Below, one piece after another: positions 1 to 13,062 of a DNA stretch of 64,000 nt (positions within the stretch are counted from its first letter, which is position 1; the number at the start of each line of letters is the position of its first letter). Below the pieces are notes generated by a model. It was not told where the DNA came from, searched no databases, and saw only the letters and a list, made by a program, of their open reading frames with translations. This DNA comes from Malacoraja senta (lineage: Eukaryota): positions 3,038,001-3,102,000 of the forward strand of contig CM075991.1 of NCBI GenBank assembly GCA_038087875.1, in the 5' to 3' direction. The translations under genes were made by a program, and so were the position numbers.

Positions 1-341
1 TTAAAGGAGATGCGTGGGTTAATTTTTTAAAGCAGAATATTGAGTGGCTGGAATATGCTGCCAGGGTTGGTGATGGAGGCAGACATGATGGTGACATTTC
101 AGAGGCTTTTGGAAACATACATGGGATTACAGTGAATGAAGGGATGTGGCAGGCAGAGGAGATTAGCGTGACATCACATTTGGCACAGACAATGTAGGCC
201 AAAGGGCCTGTAATTAATGTGGCACTGCTCATGGGGCAGATACATACAGAATGATCAGCTTTACAGAATACAAGATTATACCTAGTTATTTAAGCGAACA
301 TTCCTAATGAAGATCTTTCTTTCACCTGTCAATTACTCCAG

Positions 342-479
342 GGATCCGTTATCCTTTCTACGGGGTTCAGTGGCACCCAGAAACAAGTCGCTTTCAGTGG
401 CAGCCGGACATGGCTTTCCCGCACTCTCCAAATGCGGTTCAACTCTCCTTTCTCCTGGCTGATTTTTTTGTGAATGAAG
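342..479 (+). CDS. GGH: Gamma-glutamyl hydrolase family gene, penultimate coding exon
   Basis: Flanked by AG (340-341) and GT (480-481). Translates as (G)IRYPFYGVQWHPETSRFQWQPDMAFPHSPNAVQLSFLLADFFVNE, containing the GVQWHPE catalytic His-x-Glu motif of peptidase C26/GGH. May be a GGH paralogue rather than the orthologue. Confidence 0.92.
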
Positions 480-638
480 GTACTTTGTTTGCAAGCAAAA
501 GTGTAAAAAATGTGGCGTCACAATATTTGAAAATAGGATTTACCCTTTTGTACCCAGTAATTTAGAGGTGGACGGCAAATGAATTAGCATTGATATTCAC
601 ATGAATGTTAAAAACTACCAGAATCTAATCTCTTACAT

Positions 639-930
639 AGTGCACAGTGGCATAGCTTGTAGAGCCGTTACCTCACAGCACCAGGGACCCAGGTTCCATC
701 CTGATCTCGGGTGCTGTCGGTGTGGAGTGTGCAAGTTCTCCCTGGGAATGTGTGGGCTTCCTCGGAGTTCCTCCCACATCTGAAAGACATGTTGGTTTAT
801 AGGATTATAGGTTAATTGGCCTCTGTAAATTGCCCCGAGTGCGTAAGGAGTGGTGAGAAAGTGGGATAGCAGAACTATTGTGAATGCGTGATTGAAGGTA
901 GGCATGAACTCAGTGCTATCTCTAAACTAC
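639..930 (+). mobile_element. tRNA-derived SINE, diverged
   Basis: A-box/B-box-like head (gtggcatagc...ggttccatcct), followed by the body shared with the other SINE copies (ttctccc, aggttaattggc, gtaaattgcccc) and a tctctaaact tail. Confidence 0.75.
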
Positions 931-1656
931 CTCAATGTCATCTGTAAAAAATCTAGCGTCACAATCTCTAGACGTCAGTTTGAGTAACTGAACTGACTAA
1001 ATGGCAGCTAAAATGTTATGTCTGGTATTGGTAGAGGAAGTGAGCGTCCCACACTGACCACTAAAGTCCCAGGTTAAAACATTCGCTTTATCTGTACAGA
1101 TACAGCCGAGATTCATCAGGTTATTTATCAGTTTAAAGATGAACTGTCATAGAAGGTTCTTTTCCAAAACACTATCCAGCAATTTTGTTGTTAAATTGTT
1201 AAGTGTAGATGTGGAAGAAAGCAGCATCTGTCTTCAATCTGACTATTGTACAGTTAATTGCCTGCTGGCAAGTATTCTCAGACAGGAAGTTTTGATTGAG
1301 CTATTGGACTCCGTTATCACAGTGCCCTCCTCCGATTTCAACATAATTTCCTCTTGCAGAGTTACTTCCTCTACTCATGTTAGAGTCTCTGGTTTAAAAA
1401 TAAGTCGGAGTTCACAGAGAAGGTCATCGTTCTTGAGGATAGATAGATCACTGGATGACAAGATGGCCGATCGTATCAACTGAGTTTGTTGTTATTGCTG
1501 TTAGTCTGCAACATGAATGGTATTCTTAATGCCTGTCATGTGTGCGACACCATTCCTCCCATTGTTCATTGTGAAAATATTCTAAAGTTATTTTATTTCG
1601 ATACCCTGCACTCTTGATTTGTTTGCCTCTGATAACTTTTTGATTTGTGTTTGCAG

Positions 1657-1772
1657 CTCGGAAGAACTTTCATCATTTCCCAAGTCCAGAAGAAGAGAAA
1701 GCAGCTCTGATCTATAACTACAACCCACAATATGTGCCTACATCCAGCTATATCCAGGTCTATTTTTTCTAA
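1657..1772 (+). CDS. GGH: Gamma-glutamyl hydrolase family gene, last coding exon
   Basis: Pyrimidine tract plus ttgcag acceptor; phase matches the preceding exon (G|CT = Ala). Translates as ARKNFHHFPSPEEEKAALIYNYNPQYVPTSSYIQVYFF*, matching the GGH C-terminus (ARKN.HHF.S..EE..ALIY...P). Confidence 0.92.
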
Positions 1773-1799
1773 ACAATTGTAAATAGGGTATTAATTATT

Positions 1800-1945
1800 G
1801 CAGATGCGGTACAAAAAAGGATACCAAGTACTGGAATAACTCAATGGGTCAGGGTTTGAAGAAGGATATCGATCCGATACATTGTCTATCCATGTTCTCC
1901 AGAGATGATGCCTGACCCACTACTCCAGCACTGTGTGTTTTTTTA
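1800..1945. mobile_element. Short palindromic Penelope terminal-repeat (pLTR) derivative, old
   Basis: ctggaataactcaatgggtcagg ... gatgatgcctgacccactactccagca forms inverted arms around a degenerate tgaagaagg...gatac core. Confidence 0.6.
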
Positions 1946-2048
1946 ATGATTGCAATAATTTTGAAAGATTTCCACAATGTTAACTTCTTGAAGCGAACAT
2001 ACTATTTTTATCCACTGATGTGCTCAGAATGAATGAATGAATATGATT

Positions 2049-2175
2049 AAGATGTTTAAGAAAGAACTGCAGATGCTGGAAAATCAAAGGTAGACAAAAA
2101 TGCTGGAGAAACTCAGCGGGTGAGGCAGCATCTACGGAGCGAAGGAAATAGGCAACGTTTCGGGCCGGGTCTGAA
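2049..2175 (-). mobile_element. Solo Penelope pLTR plus tail insertion with 14-bp TSD
   Basis: Reverse complement of the young Penelope 3' end seen at about 50405-50483. TSD gaatgaatatgatt at 2035-2048 and 2176-2189. Confidence 0.85.
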
Positions 2176-4271
2176 GAATGAATATGATTGTCACTTTCAG
2201 ATTCAGTCCCTGAACATAAGTGCATGTGCACAATTAATACATCTTGCAAAATGTAATGTTTACCATTTCTAACACCTTTACTCCGCTGTTTCCCCACTAC
2301 TTTGGTATACCTGCATCATTTCTACGGTGACACAATTAGTTTAATACATGTTTAGTCCTACTGGTTTTGAAGTCCTAAGCATTCATAGGAAATAGGTGTG
2401 ATACTGATTAGTTTTCGATGACATCTTTGTCTGACGAAGGACCACAGGAAAACAGATTTTTTTTATTTTTCACATAGATTTCTAAATTCCAATTCTGTCA
2501 AAACAACTCTGGCACCGAATGAAGAAAGAGACAAACAGAGAGAGGGGGAAAAAAAGTTTAAAAGCTAACAGAGACAGAAAATGCAAAATGATGTAGCGAG
2601 GCAGGAAGAAAGGACTTATCCCTAACTGGTCGAGGACAGACTCAAAGACGCAGTGTCAATGATGCTTCTAGTGCAGTGCTAGGAAGAGAGAGGGGAACTT
2701 TAAGCACACAGTAAGTATAAATATTAGGATATTTTGTTCCAAGATTTCTTCCTCACTTGATGTTGTGTGGTAACTAGAGAAAACAAGAAAATCTGAACTG
2801 ATTAGAAAATGCATGATTTTTAGCTACACCTCGGTGAGCTCAACCAAGGGCAGTTGGATAGCAATATAAAGGTCTCCCTCAGTATGTGTCTTCTAAAGGT
2901 GAGATATCTGACCTTTTGTTGAATGGGTAATTTTAAGTTTAGGTTTATTGTTGTGTATAACGAGGTATAGTGAAAAAGCTTTGTTTTGCAATCTGTCCAA
3001 TCTAATCAGATAATACTCCATATAAATACAATCGGGCTAAACTCAAGTACAGTAGGGAGAGCAAACGGGAAGATACAGAGTGAAAATATAATTCTTAGTA
3101 TTGGAACATAGAACAGTACCCTACAAGAACAAGCCCTTCGACCGATAATGTCCGTGCCAAACATGATGCCGAGAGCAACTCTTATCTGCCTGCACGTCAT
3201 CTACATCCATCCAATGATTGACACAAAATGCTGGAGTAAATGCTGGATAGGGTTAGTCAAAAGTCTCGTAAATGCCACTATCATGTCCGCCTCTACCACC
3301 ACTCCGGCAGAGCGTTCCAGGCACTCACCACCCTCTATATAAAATATGTTCCCCGCTTTTACAACCTCTGTGTAAAATACATCTCCTTTACACTCTCACT
3401 TTAAAGCTATGCCATCTAGTATTTGATTTTTGAATCCTGGGCATCATCGCGCACAAGTTCCAGAGACAAAGTTCAATGTCCACATTGGGATAGAGATGAA
3501 TGAAATACAGTAGCTTATGAAAGGACCATTCAGAAGCCTGATAACAGAGGGGAAGAAGCTTTATAATAAATCCCAGCAGAAAACAGTTCCTCTGGTCATA
3601 CTAATTTGCTTAAAGTGAAAGCTCCGGAGGCCCCGACCATGAGTGAACATCAGGAACATCGAGGAAGATGACTGACTTTGGTACCTTCCCTCACAGTGGG
3701 AAACTTGTTGATTCTGCTGTGCAGGGATGTTTTATGTTGGACTCTATTGTGTGTTGTGTTCTTTATTTTATTGTATGGCTGTATGCATAAACAAATTTCA
3801 GACAATAAAGTGCCATCGTATCATATCGTATCGTATGAGTGAATATCAGTGAACTTACATCTTCTGGGTGGCTCTTTCTGAGAAAGAAAAGAAAAATGTT
3901 TCATCTACGAGCAACTAGTTATGTTCATTTATTTGTTTGGCCAGTGATTAAGAGCTGATTCCTTATTATGTTACAACTATTTTGAGCGACAATAGAAAGA
4001 GGAAACCTATAGAGATTTAATCTGAAAATATAACTTTTTTGAAGTATGTTTATGAAACTGCATTGCACTGCTGAGGTTTGCAATTGAAGCAAAAATCCAT
4101 GTCTGTTTAAGATTAAATGAGGTAGGTGAGTGAACGGAATGGGAAGAAAGGATGGAAGCAAAGATGACACGTGAAATTTGGGCTACTGCTCGCAAGGAGG
4201 GTAAAAAGAAAAATGGGTCATTTAGTGCAAGGTGATGTATTTTTGTTTTTGTGATTTCCTTGTCACTTAAG

Positions 4272-4890
4272 GGGCACAGTGGAGCAGCAGGTAGAGCTGC
4301 TCTCCCACAGGGTAAAAGACTCAGATTCAAACCTGACCTCGGGTACTGCCAATGTACACTTTGCATGGTCTCCCAGTGACCACATGGGATTCCTCCGGGT
4401 GCTTCAGTTTCCTCCCACATTCCTAAGACATACTTACTGCCTATTATGCCTCCTGGCATGTAGGGCAGCAACGAAGATTCTCCACTCAGTAGTGTTGATT
4501 CCTTCTGTTGCTGTTTCCGTAACATATTTATTTTACGAGACGGGGTAGTTAGCCCTGTGCTCAACCTCCAACCTGGAGGACCAGTGGATCGCTCTTCGTC
4601 TCGCCTCTACCCTTTGACCTATCCAGCATGGGGGATCCTAACAGGAGACGAATCTCCCGCTGGCATAGCTCTAGGGGTCACTGAGACACACAAGCTCCCC
4701 AATCACAACAAGGTTGCAATCCAACGGGGAGCGTAGACATACTGGTTTATGTTAATTGCCCATTGTAAAATTGCCACTAATATGTCAGGAAAGTGGGGAT
4801 AACACAGGAATAGTGTGAATGGACGATCAATGTTCAGAGTGGACTGGTTGGGCTGAGGGCCTGTTTCAATGCTGATTCTGTGGAACTAAA
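4272..4890 (+). mobile_element. tRNA-derived SINE interrupted by an RTE-derived insertion
   Basis: ggggcacagtggagcagcaggtagag head; the SINE body resumes at 4735. Confidence 0.75.
4435..4734 (-). mobile_element. Short non-autonomous RTE-type retroposon
   Basis: TSD agacatact at 4426-4434 and 4735-4743. The minus-strand 3' end reads WRIFVAALHARRHNRQ* followed by a taagt tail, resembling RTE-clade LINE ends. Confidence 0.6.
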
Positions 4891-5924
4891 TAACATATTC
4901 ATCCATTACCACTTCATAGCTCTTGGTCCTTAACAGTTTAATCAGTGTGATAAATTTTGATTTTTTTATGCATTGTAACTGCATCTTCTGGATATATTTA
5001 TATCCCACAACTGGGTTTTCACCTCTGAGATCATTGTAACATCAAGATTGGTATGACCAGGAGAGATTGGATGGTAGATAGTAATACCTCTGTAATTGAT
5101 AGTGTCACCTGTAATTGGCAAACAAATCGTTTTAATGGCATGCCAAGCATTTTTGATATCTGAATTGAGTGGCAATACATTTGTATTTCTTTGCTGGTTT
5201 CTTATAATGGTGTGCAGTCAGCTGGATACATAGAAACACAAGAAATTGATGGTGCTGGAATCTTGATTAAAAAACAATGTACTGGAGAAACTCCCATTAA
5301 GTCACATTCCCACACCTATTTGCGACTGTCTTCTTGGGGATAGCATTGTGGTCACCAGGTTCTCTCTGAATTAAGTCTACTCTAGGACAATACATCTGAT
5401 GATGAGTGGTTGGGAATTAACCTGTTTTCCTCCAACATTCTCCCTTCTAAATTATTTTAACCAAGCAGCCACTTGGCACATAGTGGCTGTGTATCTGGTT
5501 GCCCATGGTAGGCTGGTAACTCCTCAGGCTAGGAGTCTTTCACATCATTCCAGATAACAATCACCTGGTTTTCTAATGGTCTTGAATGGGCACAGCTGGA
5601 AGATTGCCATGCCACTGGGGTAGATGATTCTAACTTTTTCTATTCCACTGGACTCTTGTTTGTTAAAGTGTAACCTTTGGCTGTGATCTATATTTAAATG
5701 TTCCTGTTTTAAGCAAATTATATGTGTCCCCACAAGAAAGTACTCCGCACTCCACCTTTAGCCAACTGAGATCTGATTAGATGGACCTCGACAGTTCACT
5801 ATGGAGACTGAGATCATAGATTTACATGGATGTAACACTCCAGTTCAAAGGTAATTGTTGATGTTACCTACATATATATCACTTTGCAAAGAGCACTGGA
5901 ATAAAAAACTGCAGCACAGTTGCA

Positions 5925-6360
5925 CTATTTGACCAGCACTAAAACAGACCCTCAGCCCACATTGTCCATGCCGACCTGAGCGTGTCCCATTTTTCTGCAT
6001 TTGGCCCATAAAGGGCTCTAAGCCTTTCCTACCTATGTACTTGTCCAAAAGTATTTTAAATGTTATTATTGTACCCATCTCTACCACATCCTCTGACAGC
6101 TCATTCCATATACTCACAACTCTCTTTGTGAAAAATGTGCCCCTCGGGTTCCTTTTAAATCTTTTCCCTCTCACCTTAAACCTGTACCCTCTTATTTTAG
6201 ATCCCATATCGTGGGAAAGAAGCTCTGGCTATCTGCTCTGCGTGATTTTTATAAACATTTGTGAAGTCACGTCTCAGCCTCCTTCGCTCCGGGAAAACAG
6301 TCCCAGCCTATCCAGTCTTGCCTTATAAATGAAACCTTCCAGTTTTGGCAACATCTTCAT
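5925..6360 (-). mobile_element. CR1 LINE 3' fragment
   Basis: ORF 5845-6207 reads RGYRFKVRGKRFKRNPRGTFFTKRVVSIWNEL, the CR1 ORF2 C-terminal motif. Confidence 0.8.
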
Positions 6361-6366
6361 GAATAT

Positions 6367-6590
6367 GGGGACACAAGGGACTGCAGATGCTGGATCTGAA
6401 GCAACAAACACTGCTCGAGAAACTCAACAAGTCAAGCAGCATCTGTGAGGGGCCCACTCTTTTGAATGGCTGTATCCCCTCTCTGCTCTAAATCCTGATG
6501 CAAGGCTTCGACCGAAAAATGTCAACAATTCCCTTCCCCCTCACGGACGCTGTTTGACCCGTAGAGTTCCTCCAGCAGATTATTTGCTGA
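6367..6590. mobile_element. Short palindromic Penelope pLTR derivative
   Basis: gactgcagatgctgg tail, an inverted arm, then a cctgatgcaaggcttcgaccgaaaaatgtc core and a gagttcctccagca end. Confidence 0.6.
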
Positions 6591-7750
6591 TCCTCATGAA
6601 CCTTTTCTGCACCTGCTCTAGTTTGACGACCAGAACTGTACAGGGTGCAGTCTCACCAACATTTTGTGCATCATGATATCCTCCATAATTACTTTTCTCC
6701 AATCATAACGCTGCTAATCTTCAACAAAATATATTGCAGGGAGTTTTATTTCCTGAGAAGACATTGGTTGTTGTTGATGTACTTCTCAAGTATATTTGTA
6801 CAGTTTGACCATGGAAAACAGCAGATGCCAATCCTGACCATACCCAGTCTCTATAACTGTATTTTTTAGGTGATATTAATCACAGGCAAGAAAGGTGATT
6901 TTTTTTTTTTGCCCCTGAATTCGTGGCATTGTGGCCTATTTACTTATTGACTCCATTAGGAAAGGTTTTGGGGGCTATGGGCCAAATGCAGGTAAATGGC
7001 CCAATATGCCAGTTTGGTGGACATGGACAAGGTGGGCCGAAAGGCCTGTTTCCGTGCTGTACATCTCTATGACGATGACTAATTGTAGTGGCACCTACCA
7101 CCACCCAAACTGGAAGATGTTAGCTCAACAGAGCACGTATAGGCTCCGGGCTAGTAACACATGTTTCAACACAGATGTACAAAAACCGAGGTGTGAAGCT
7201 CTTGCAGCTGTGGGTCCATTGTCCCAGTACAAAATGTACAATAAATACGTGCTAAACACGACCAGTCTCTCGGTTATCATTGTACCTGTACCTCGTCGCA
7301 CTTGTGCATATGACAACAAACTTGGACTTCTCTCGTCATAAAGTAGGTCGCTGATCTTCATAACCTTCATGCGCGGTTTGTCTTCAACCGATAATTGAGC
7401 CGCTTCCCAGGTGGACGCGGGACATTTCAGTCCTGATGCAAGAAATGCCGACCACCCCTCCTCGACAGCTTCTGCTGTTTACGTTGGGGTTACAAAGAGA
7501 TGCTGAACTGATGTGACAGGGACGGGGAGTACTGTGTGTTTGTGTACGCCCAGTATTGCAGACAGCAGCAAAACACAAGGCAGCGGAGAGGAGCTTTCTG
7601 CTTGCCTCCTGCATTACTGCCATCTGCTCTTTCTCACGACCACATCAGCAAAGATAGTATCTTTGCACATAAGGGCTTTCTCCCGCGACGCAATGGCGTG
7701 TACCCGAGTTGTGGACGCATTTTGTTAACCCGGCCTGCAACTCTCCACCG

Positions 7751-7774
7751 GGAGAGGAGAGGAGAGGAGAGGAG
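7751..7774 (+). repeat. (GGAGA)n microsatellite upstream of the RNF122 ATG
   Basis: ggagaggagaggagaggagaggag. Confidence 0.9.
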
Positions 7775-8078
7775 GGGTGGGCGTGGGGAGCTGCACTGTC
7801 AGCCGAGGGGGGCGTGGAGGGACAGCGTCTCTGGTTCGGCTCTGCGGCAAACGCACACTTGGCCTTGGGTTGGAGAGGAAGAGGAAAGGTGTCAGCTCTT
7901 CGAGCCATTAATTCTCCGGACAGACAACGGGAGCCGGCGGGCCTTGCAGCGGGGTTCTCTGGGCGTTCACCCCGTCAGTTCCCCCCCGCGTAACGCAAGA
8001 GTGCTGGCGCTGTTTCGAGGGGGGCACAGCGGTCCCCCATCACCTGTTGTGTGTTAAGACCAGTGCCCGGGACCATTG

Positions 8079-8103
8079 ATGCACCCTTTCCAGTGGTGTA
8101 ACG
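8079..8103 (+). CDS. RNF122: RING finger protein 122, coding exon 1
   Basis: ATGCACCCTTTCCAGTGGTGTAACG|gtcagt encodes MHPFQWCN(G), the N-terminus I recognise for vertebrate RNF122; phase-1 donor. Confidence 0.93.
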
Positions 8104-9382
8104 GTCAGTATATTTCACTCTCCCATTGTCTGTGTGCCTTTTACATATGTGTGTCGCTGTCTACAACCCAGGTCTGGGTGTCGCTCCCTGGTCTTTGGGG
8201 TAAAAGGGAACGATGGAGGGAGGCCAGAGACGAGAACAATGGGACCGTTCTCCGTCGCATGGCTCGGCGGCGGCCAGACAGGCTTTGTCTCCAGGCTGGG
8301 CTCGCAGGAAGTTGAGCCATCCAGCTCTGCGTCGTTGGGGGTTTAAAGCCCGAAAATAACCAACGCCTTGGGTGGTTCACGGAAAAGGAACGGGCAGTGC
8401 TGGGGTTCAACGTGTTTGTGAGGTGGCAGAGCAGCGGGGTCAGTGTTTGTGGGATTCAGAGCGGAGAGAGATGGTCGGTGTATGAAAGACAGGGGGCGGG
8501 GGGGGGGGGGTGCAAGATGGTTGCGCACACAGCTGTGAGATCAGGGGGCAGAATTTGCACATTTGCACAAAATGCAGATTTATTCTGCCTTTTGCTCGAC
8601 CACCGTGTAACACCTATCGGCCTGTCTGCAGCAACGGTGCAGACAGAACATTGTGTCCGGGACCACTGACCGCAGTGCACCCCAATAGTGAAATCAGATT
8701 GAAGCACAGCACCGCTATTGTGAATGTCCACCCGAGAGACTGCAGAACAAAATAAAAAACAAAACGTTGGGGGGGACAGAGCGGATTAGGCAGCATCTGT
8801 GGGGAAAATGAACAGACACCGTTTCGATCAGCACCCTTAGGGTTTTTTTTGCGCATAGTGAAAATGTCACACCTTAAGCAATGCAGTGATGGAGCTGCGT
8901 GGAACCGACAGAACGGATGCAGACTCGTTGGCCCAACAGATCTCTGACACTGCCCGGCCACACACATACCCTTTAAATCTTTCTCTCCGCGTTTCTCCAT
9001 TCCCTTTTCCCTCGTGTAAATATCAAGAAGTTCTAGACCTTCAAGAATCACAGAGATCCACATATTCGTCACTGGGTTAAAACAAATATCCTAAAGTTTT
9101 CGTTTGGCCTTTTAGTGACAATCTTATATTTACGCTCCTTTGTTCCTGAGACAGCCATTGGTTTTACGTACAGGTAGGTTTGTTTTTGCTGTAACGCGTG
9201 TTCTCACACCAGCATCTGAATAAGGGTCCTACCCGAAATGTCACCTATCGTTGTTCTCCAGAGATGCTACTTGACCCGCTGAGTTACTCCTATACCGTCT
9301 TTCCTTTTCCATAACACGAATTGGATATAACACGGGTGCTGAATTTAAGGGACCCTATTTTCGACTTCTGTCTATTCATTAG

Positions 9383-9960
9383 GAAATGGGGAGATGCAGC
9401 GAGACCTGGGTGTCATGGTACACCAGTCATTGAAAGTAGGCATGCAGGTGCAGCAGGCAGTGAAGAAAGCGAATGGTATGTTGGCCTTCATAGCAAGGAC
9501 TTTCATATGAAGAAAGACTGGATAGACTTGGCTTATACTCGCTAGAATTTAGGAGATTGAGAGGGGATCTTATAGAAACGTACAAAATTCTTATGGGGTT
9601 GGACAGGCTAGATGCAGGAAGATTGTTCCCGATGTTGGGGAAGTCCAGGACAAGGGGTCACAGCTTAAGGATACGGGGGAAATCCTTTAAGACCGAGATG
9701 AGGAAAAACCTTTTCACACAGAGAGTGGTGAATCTCTGGAACTCTCTGCCACAGAGGGTAGTTGAGGCCAGTTCATTGGCTATATTTAAGAGGGAGTTAG
9801 ATGTGGCCCTTGTGGCTAAGGGGATCAGGGGGTATGGAGAGAAGGCAGGTACGGGATACTGAGTTGGATGATCAGCCATGATCATATTGAATGGCGGTGC
9901 AGGCTCGAAGGGCCGAATGGACTACTCCTGCACCTATTTTCTATGTATCTATGTATCTAT
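9383..9960 (+). mobile_element. CR1 LINE 3' fragment
   Basis: Encodes RGDLIETYKIL...RTRGHSLRIRG...FTQRVVNLWNSLP; 3' UTR ends in a (ctatgtat)n tail. Same family as 21292-24338. Confidence 0.9.
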
Positions 9961-10581
9961 TCCACTGTCTGATCTGTCGGATCTGCTGAGTTCCTCCAGC
10001 ACTTCACTGGAACTAATTTAAAAAAATCCACGTAACCTCCCGAAATAACCAAACACCATTGACCCATAAGAGTACAGCTGCAACTTTGACCACAGCTGGC
10101 CATAGAAATTGACAAGCCATGACATCCCTTCGTTAAACACTTGTACAATAAAATTCTCTGAAACAATGTAACATGCAGCTTTTAGTATTTTTAGCTTGAA
10201 CTAACGAAACAAAAATAAACACAGCTATTTAAAGACCTTTATTTTCGAAAATCCTGCGGTAAAATAACTTGTTGCGAATCAGAAACACTCCAGCCCCGAA
10301 CCCCCTTCCCTCCCACCAGTGACACTGTTGTCATAACACCAGTTTATTTTCGGACCACAACGGTGACGTTATTGCGGAACTACCCCCTGTATTGCCAAAC
10401 TCGTTTGGAGAGATTGCTTACACTCTCTTCCAAAGACAGAAGCTCAAACATGTGGGTCAATATTTCCTCACTTAGATCGGGTAACCTTGCAAATCTTTTA
10501 TCTGCAATCGATTTTGGTTCTTGGAGCATGGGGACCAGAACACATACATAGCGAGTGATGGAATCATGGAACAGAATGAAG

Positions 10582-10764
10582 TAGGTAGAAAGGAACTGCA
10601 GATGCTGGTTTAAACTGACGATAGACACGAAATGCTGGAGTAACAGCCGGACAGGCAGCATCTTTGGATGACGTTTCAGTCTCGATCCGTAACGTCACCC
10701 ATTCCTTCTATTCAGAGATGCTGCCTGTCCCGCTGAGTTACTCCAGCATTTTGTGTCTATCTCC
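10582..10764. mobile_element. Palindromic non-autonomous Penelope pLTR element with 15-bp TSD
   Basis: Inverted arms (atagacacgaaatgctggagtaac...ggacaggcagcatct / agatgctgcctgtcc...gttactccagcattttgtgtctat). TSD tggaacagaatgaag at 10567-10581 and 10765-10779. Confidence 0.85.
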
Positions 10765-10849
10765 TGGAACAGAATGAAGATGTTCATCCCACTGTGTCCA
10801 CACGGCTGGCTCCCAGTCTGTCGATTAGACATGTCAAGTACTTACACAA

Positions 10850-11070
10850 AAAAACTGCAGTTACTGGAATTTTCTTAAAAACACAAAGTGCTGGAGGAAC
10901 TCAAAGGATCAGGCAGCATTGGTGGAGGGAATGGACATACAATGTTTGGGTCAGGGTCCTTCTTCAGACTCACAAAGCAAAAAGGTTTGAAGAACGGTCT
11001 CAACCCAAAATTTCGACTGTCCATCCCTTCACAGATGCAACCTGTCTCGCTGAGTTTCTCCAGTACTTTG
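10850..11070. mobile_element. Palindromic Penelope pLTR derivative
   Basis: Head-to-head cores: ccttcttcagac (minus) and tttgaagaacggtctcaacccaaaa (plus), with matching arms. Confidence 0.7.
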
Positions 11071-11222
11071 TGGTCATAGAATCATAGAGTGATACAGTGT
11101 GGAAACAGGCCCTTCGGCCCAACTTGCGTACACCGGAAAACATGTCCCAGGCACCAGCTACACTAGTCCCACCTGCCAGCATTTGGTCCATATCCCTCCA
11201 CACCTGTCCTATCCATGTACCT

Positions 11223-12767
11223 AAGATAGACACAAAAAGCTGGAGTAACTCAGCGGGACAGGCGGCATCTCTGGAAATAGGTGATGTTTTGGGTCGAGAC
11301 CCTTCCTCAGACTGGTTAGGGATAAGGGAAATTACAGATATAGACTGGGGATGTGGAGAGATAAAGAACAATGAATGAAAGATATGCGAAAAAGTATCAA
11401 TGATAAAGGAAACATGCCATTGTAAGCTGTTTGTAGGGTGAAAATGAGAAGCTAATGCGACTTGGATGGGGGAGGGATAAAGAGGGGGAATGCCGGGGCT
11501 ACCTGAAGTGAGAGAAATCAATATTCATACCACTGGGCTGTAAGCTGCCCGAGCAAAATATGAGATGCTGTTCCTCCAATTGTGTTTAGCCTCACTCTGA
11601 CAATGGAGGAGACCGAAGACAGAAAGGTCAGTGGAGGAATGGGAAGGAGAATTCAAGTGTCCAGCAACCGGGAGATCAGTTTCGTTCAGGCGGGCTGAGC
11701 GAAGGTGTTCCGCGAAATGATCGCCCAGTCTGCATTTGGTCTCGTCGATGTAGTCAACATCTTGAACAGATACAGTAGATGAGGTTGGAGGAGGTACAAG
11801 TGAACCTCTGCCTAACCTGAAAGGACTGTTGGGGTTCCTGGACAGAGTCAAGGGAGGAGGTATAGGGACAGGTGTTGCATCTTCTGTAGATGCCGGGGAA
11901 GGTACCTGGGGACGGGGTGGTTTGGGTGGGGAGGGATGTTAACCAGGGAGTTGTGATGGGAACGGTCTCTGCAGAAGGCGGAAAGGGGTGGAGATGGGAA
12001 AATGTGGCTAGTGGTGAGCGCCCGTTGGCCATAGAAGAAATTGCGGAGGATTAGGTGTTGTTTGCGATGGCTGATGGGGTGGAAGATGAGGACCAGGGGG
12101 ACTCTGGCTCTGTTGTGACCAGGTGGAGGGGAGCAAAGGTGGAGCTGCGGGGTACTGAGGAGATACGAGTGAGGGCCTCATCTATGATGGGAGAGGGGAA
12201 CGAGGATGAGGACATCTCGGATGTTCTAGTATGGAACACATCTTGGGCGCAGATGCGGCATAGACAGAGAAATTGGGAGTAAGGGATAGAGTCTTTGCAG
12301 GAAGCAGGGTGGGAAGATGTGTAGTCGAGATAGTTGTGGGAGTCAGCGGGTTTGTAATAGACGTCAGTAAATACTCTATTTCCTGTGATGGAGACTGTGA
12401 GATCAAGAAAAAGGGAAGGGAGGTGTCGGAGATGGTCCAAGTAAATTTGAGCGCAGGATGAAAATTGGTGGTGAAGTTGATGAAGTCCATGAGTTCTGCA
12501 TGGGTGCAGGAGGTAGCACCGATGCAGTCTTCAATGTAACAGAGGTAGCGTTCTGGGATAGGGCCAGTGTACACCTGGAACAGGGATTGTTCAAAGTGGC
12601 AGGCATAGCTGGGGCCCATGCGGGTTCCCATAGCTATGCATTGGACTTGGAGGAAGTGGGAGGAGTCAAATGAGAAGTTGTTGAGGGTGAGGACCAGCTC
12701 CTCTAGGTGGAGTAGAGTGTTAGTGGAGGGAAATTGGATGGTTCTGCATCTGCAGTTCTTTCTTGCA
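11223..12767 (-). mobile_element. Penelope-like element (degenerate RT + GIY-YIG) inserted into a CR1 tail
   Basis: Frameshifted GIAMGTRMGPSYA, YKP.DSHNYLDY.SSHP and YIDETKCRLGDHFAEH motifs. TSD ctatccatgtacct at 11209-11222 and 12768-12781. Inverted tail gcatctgcagttctttc at the 5' end. Confidence 0.9.
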
Positions 12768-13062
12768 CTATCCATGTACCTGTCTAACTGCTTCTTAAAT
12801 GTTGGGATAGTTCCTGCCTTAACTACCTCCTCTGGCAGCTTGTTCCATACACCTGCCACCCTTTGTGTGAAAATGTTCCCTCAGATCCCTATTAAATCTT
12901 TTCTTCTTCACCTTAAACCTATGTCCTCTGGTCCACGATTCACTTACTCTGGGCAATTCTGGGACATTTTAAATGTAGTGAGGTTTTCAGGCTGTGTTGC
13001 AGGTCACTAACACTTTGGTTGAAAGCATTATCCCTTAGTTCTCCTCCAAACTTTACACTAAC

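Larger units (their letters stand above)
7370..8700 (+). promoter_or_regulatory. RNF122: CpG/GC-rich promoter and first-exon region of RNF122
   Basis: Local rise in GC and CpG content relative to the flanks, surrounding the RNF122 start codon at 8079. The TSS cannot be determined. Confidence 0.65.

Noticed and set aside
1139..1483. 114-aa ORF in the GGH intron
   Set aside because: No recognisable domain or splice signals; the opposite strand has several stops.
7384..9080. Cluster of overlapping ORFs around the RNF122 promoter
   Set aside because: Expected by chance in GC-rich DNA; only MHPFQWCNG at 8079 matches a known protein.
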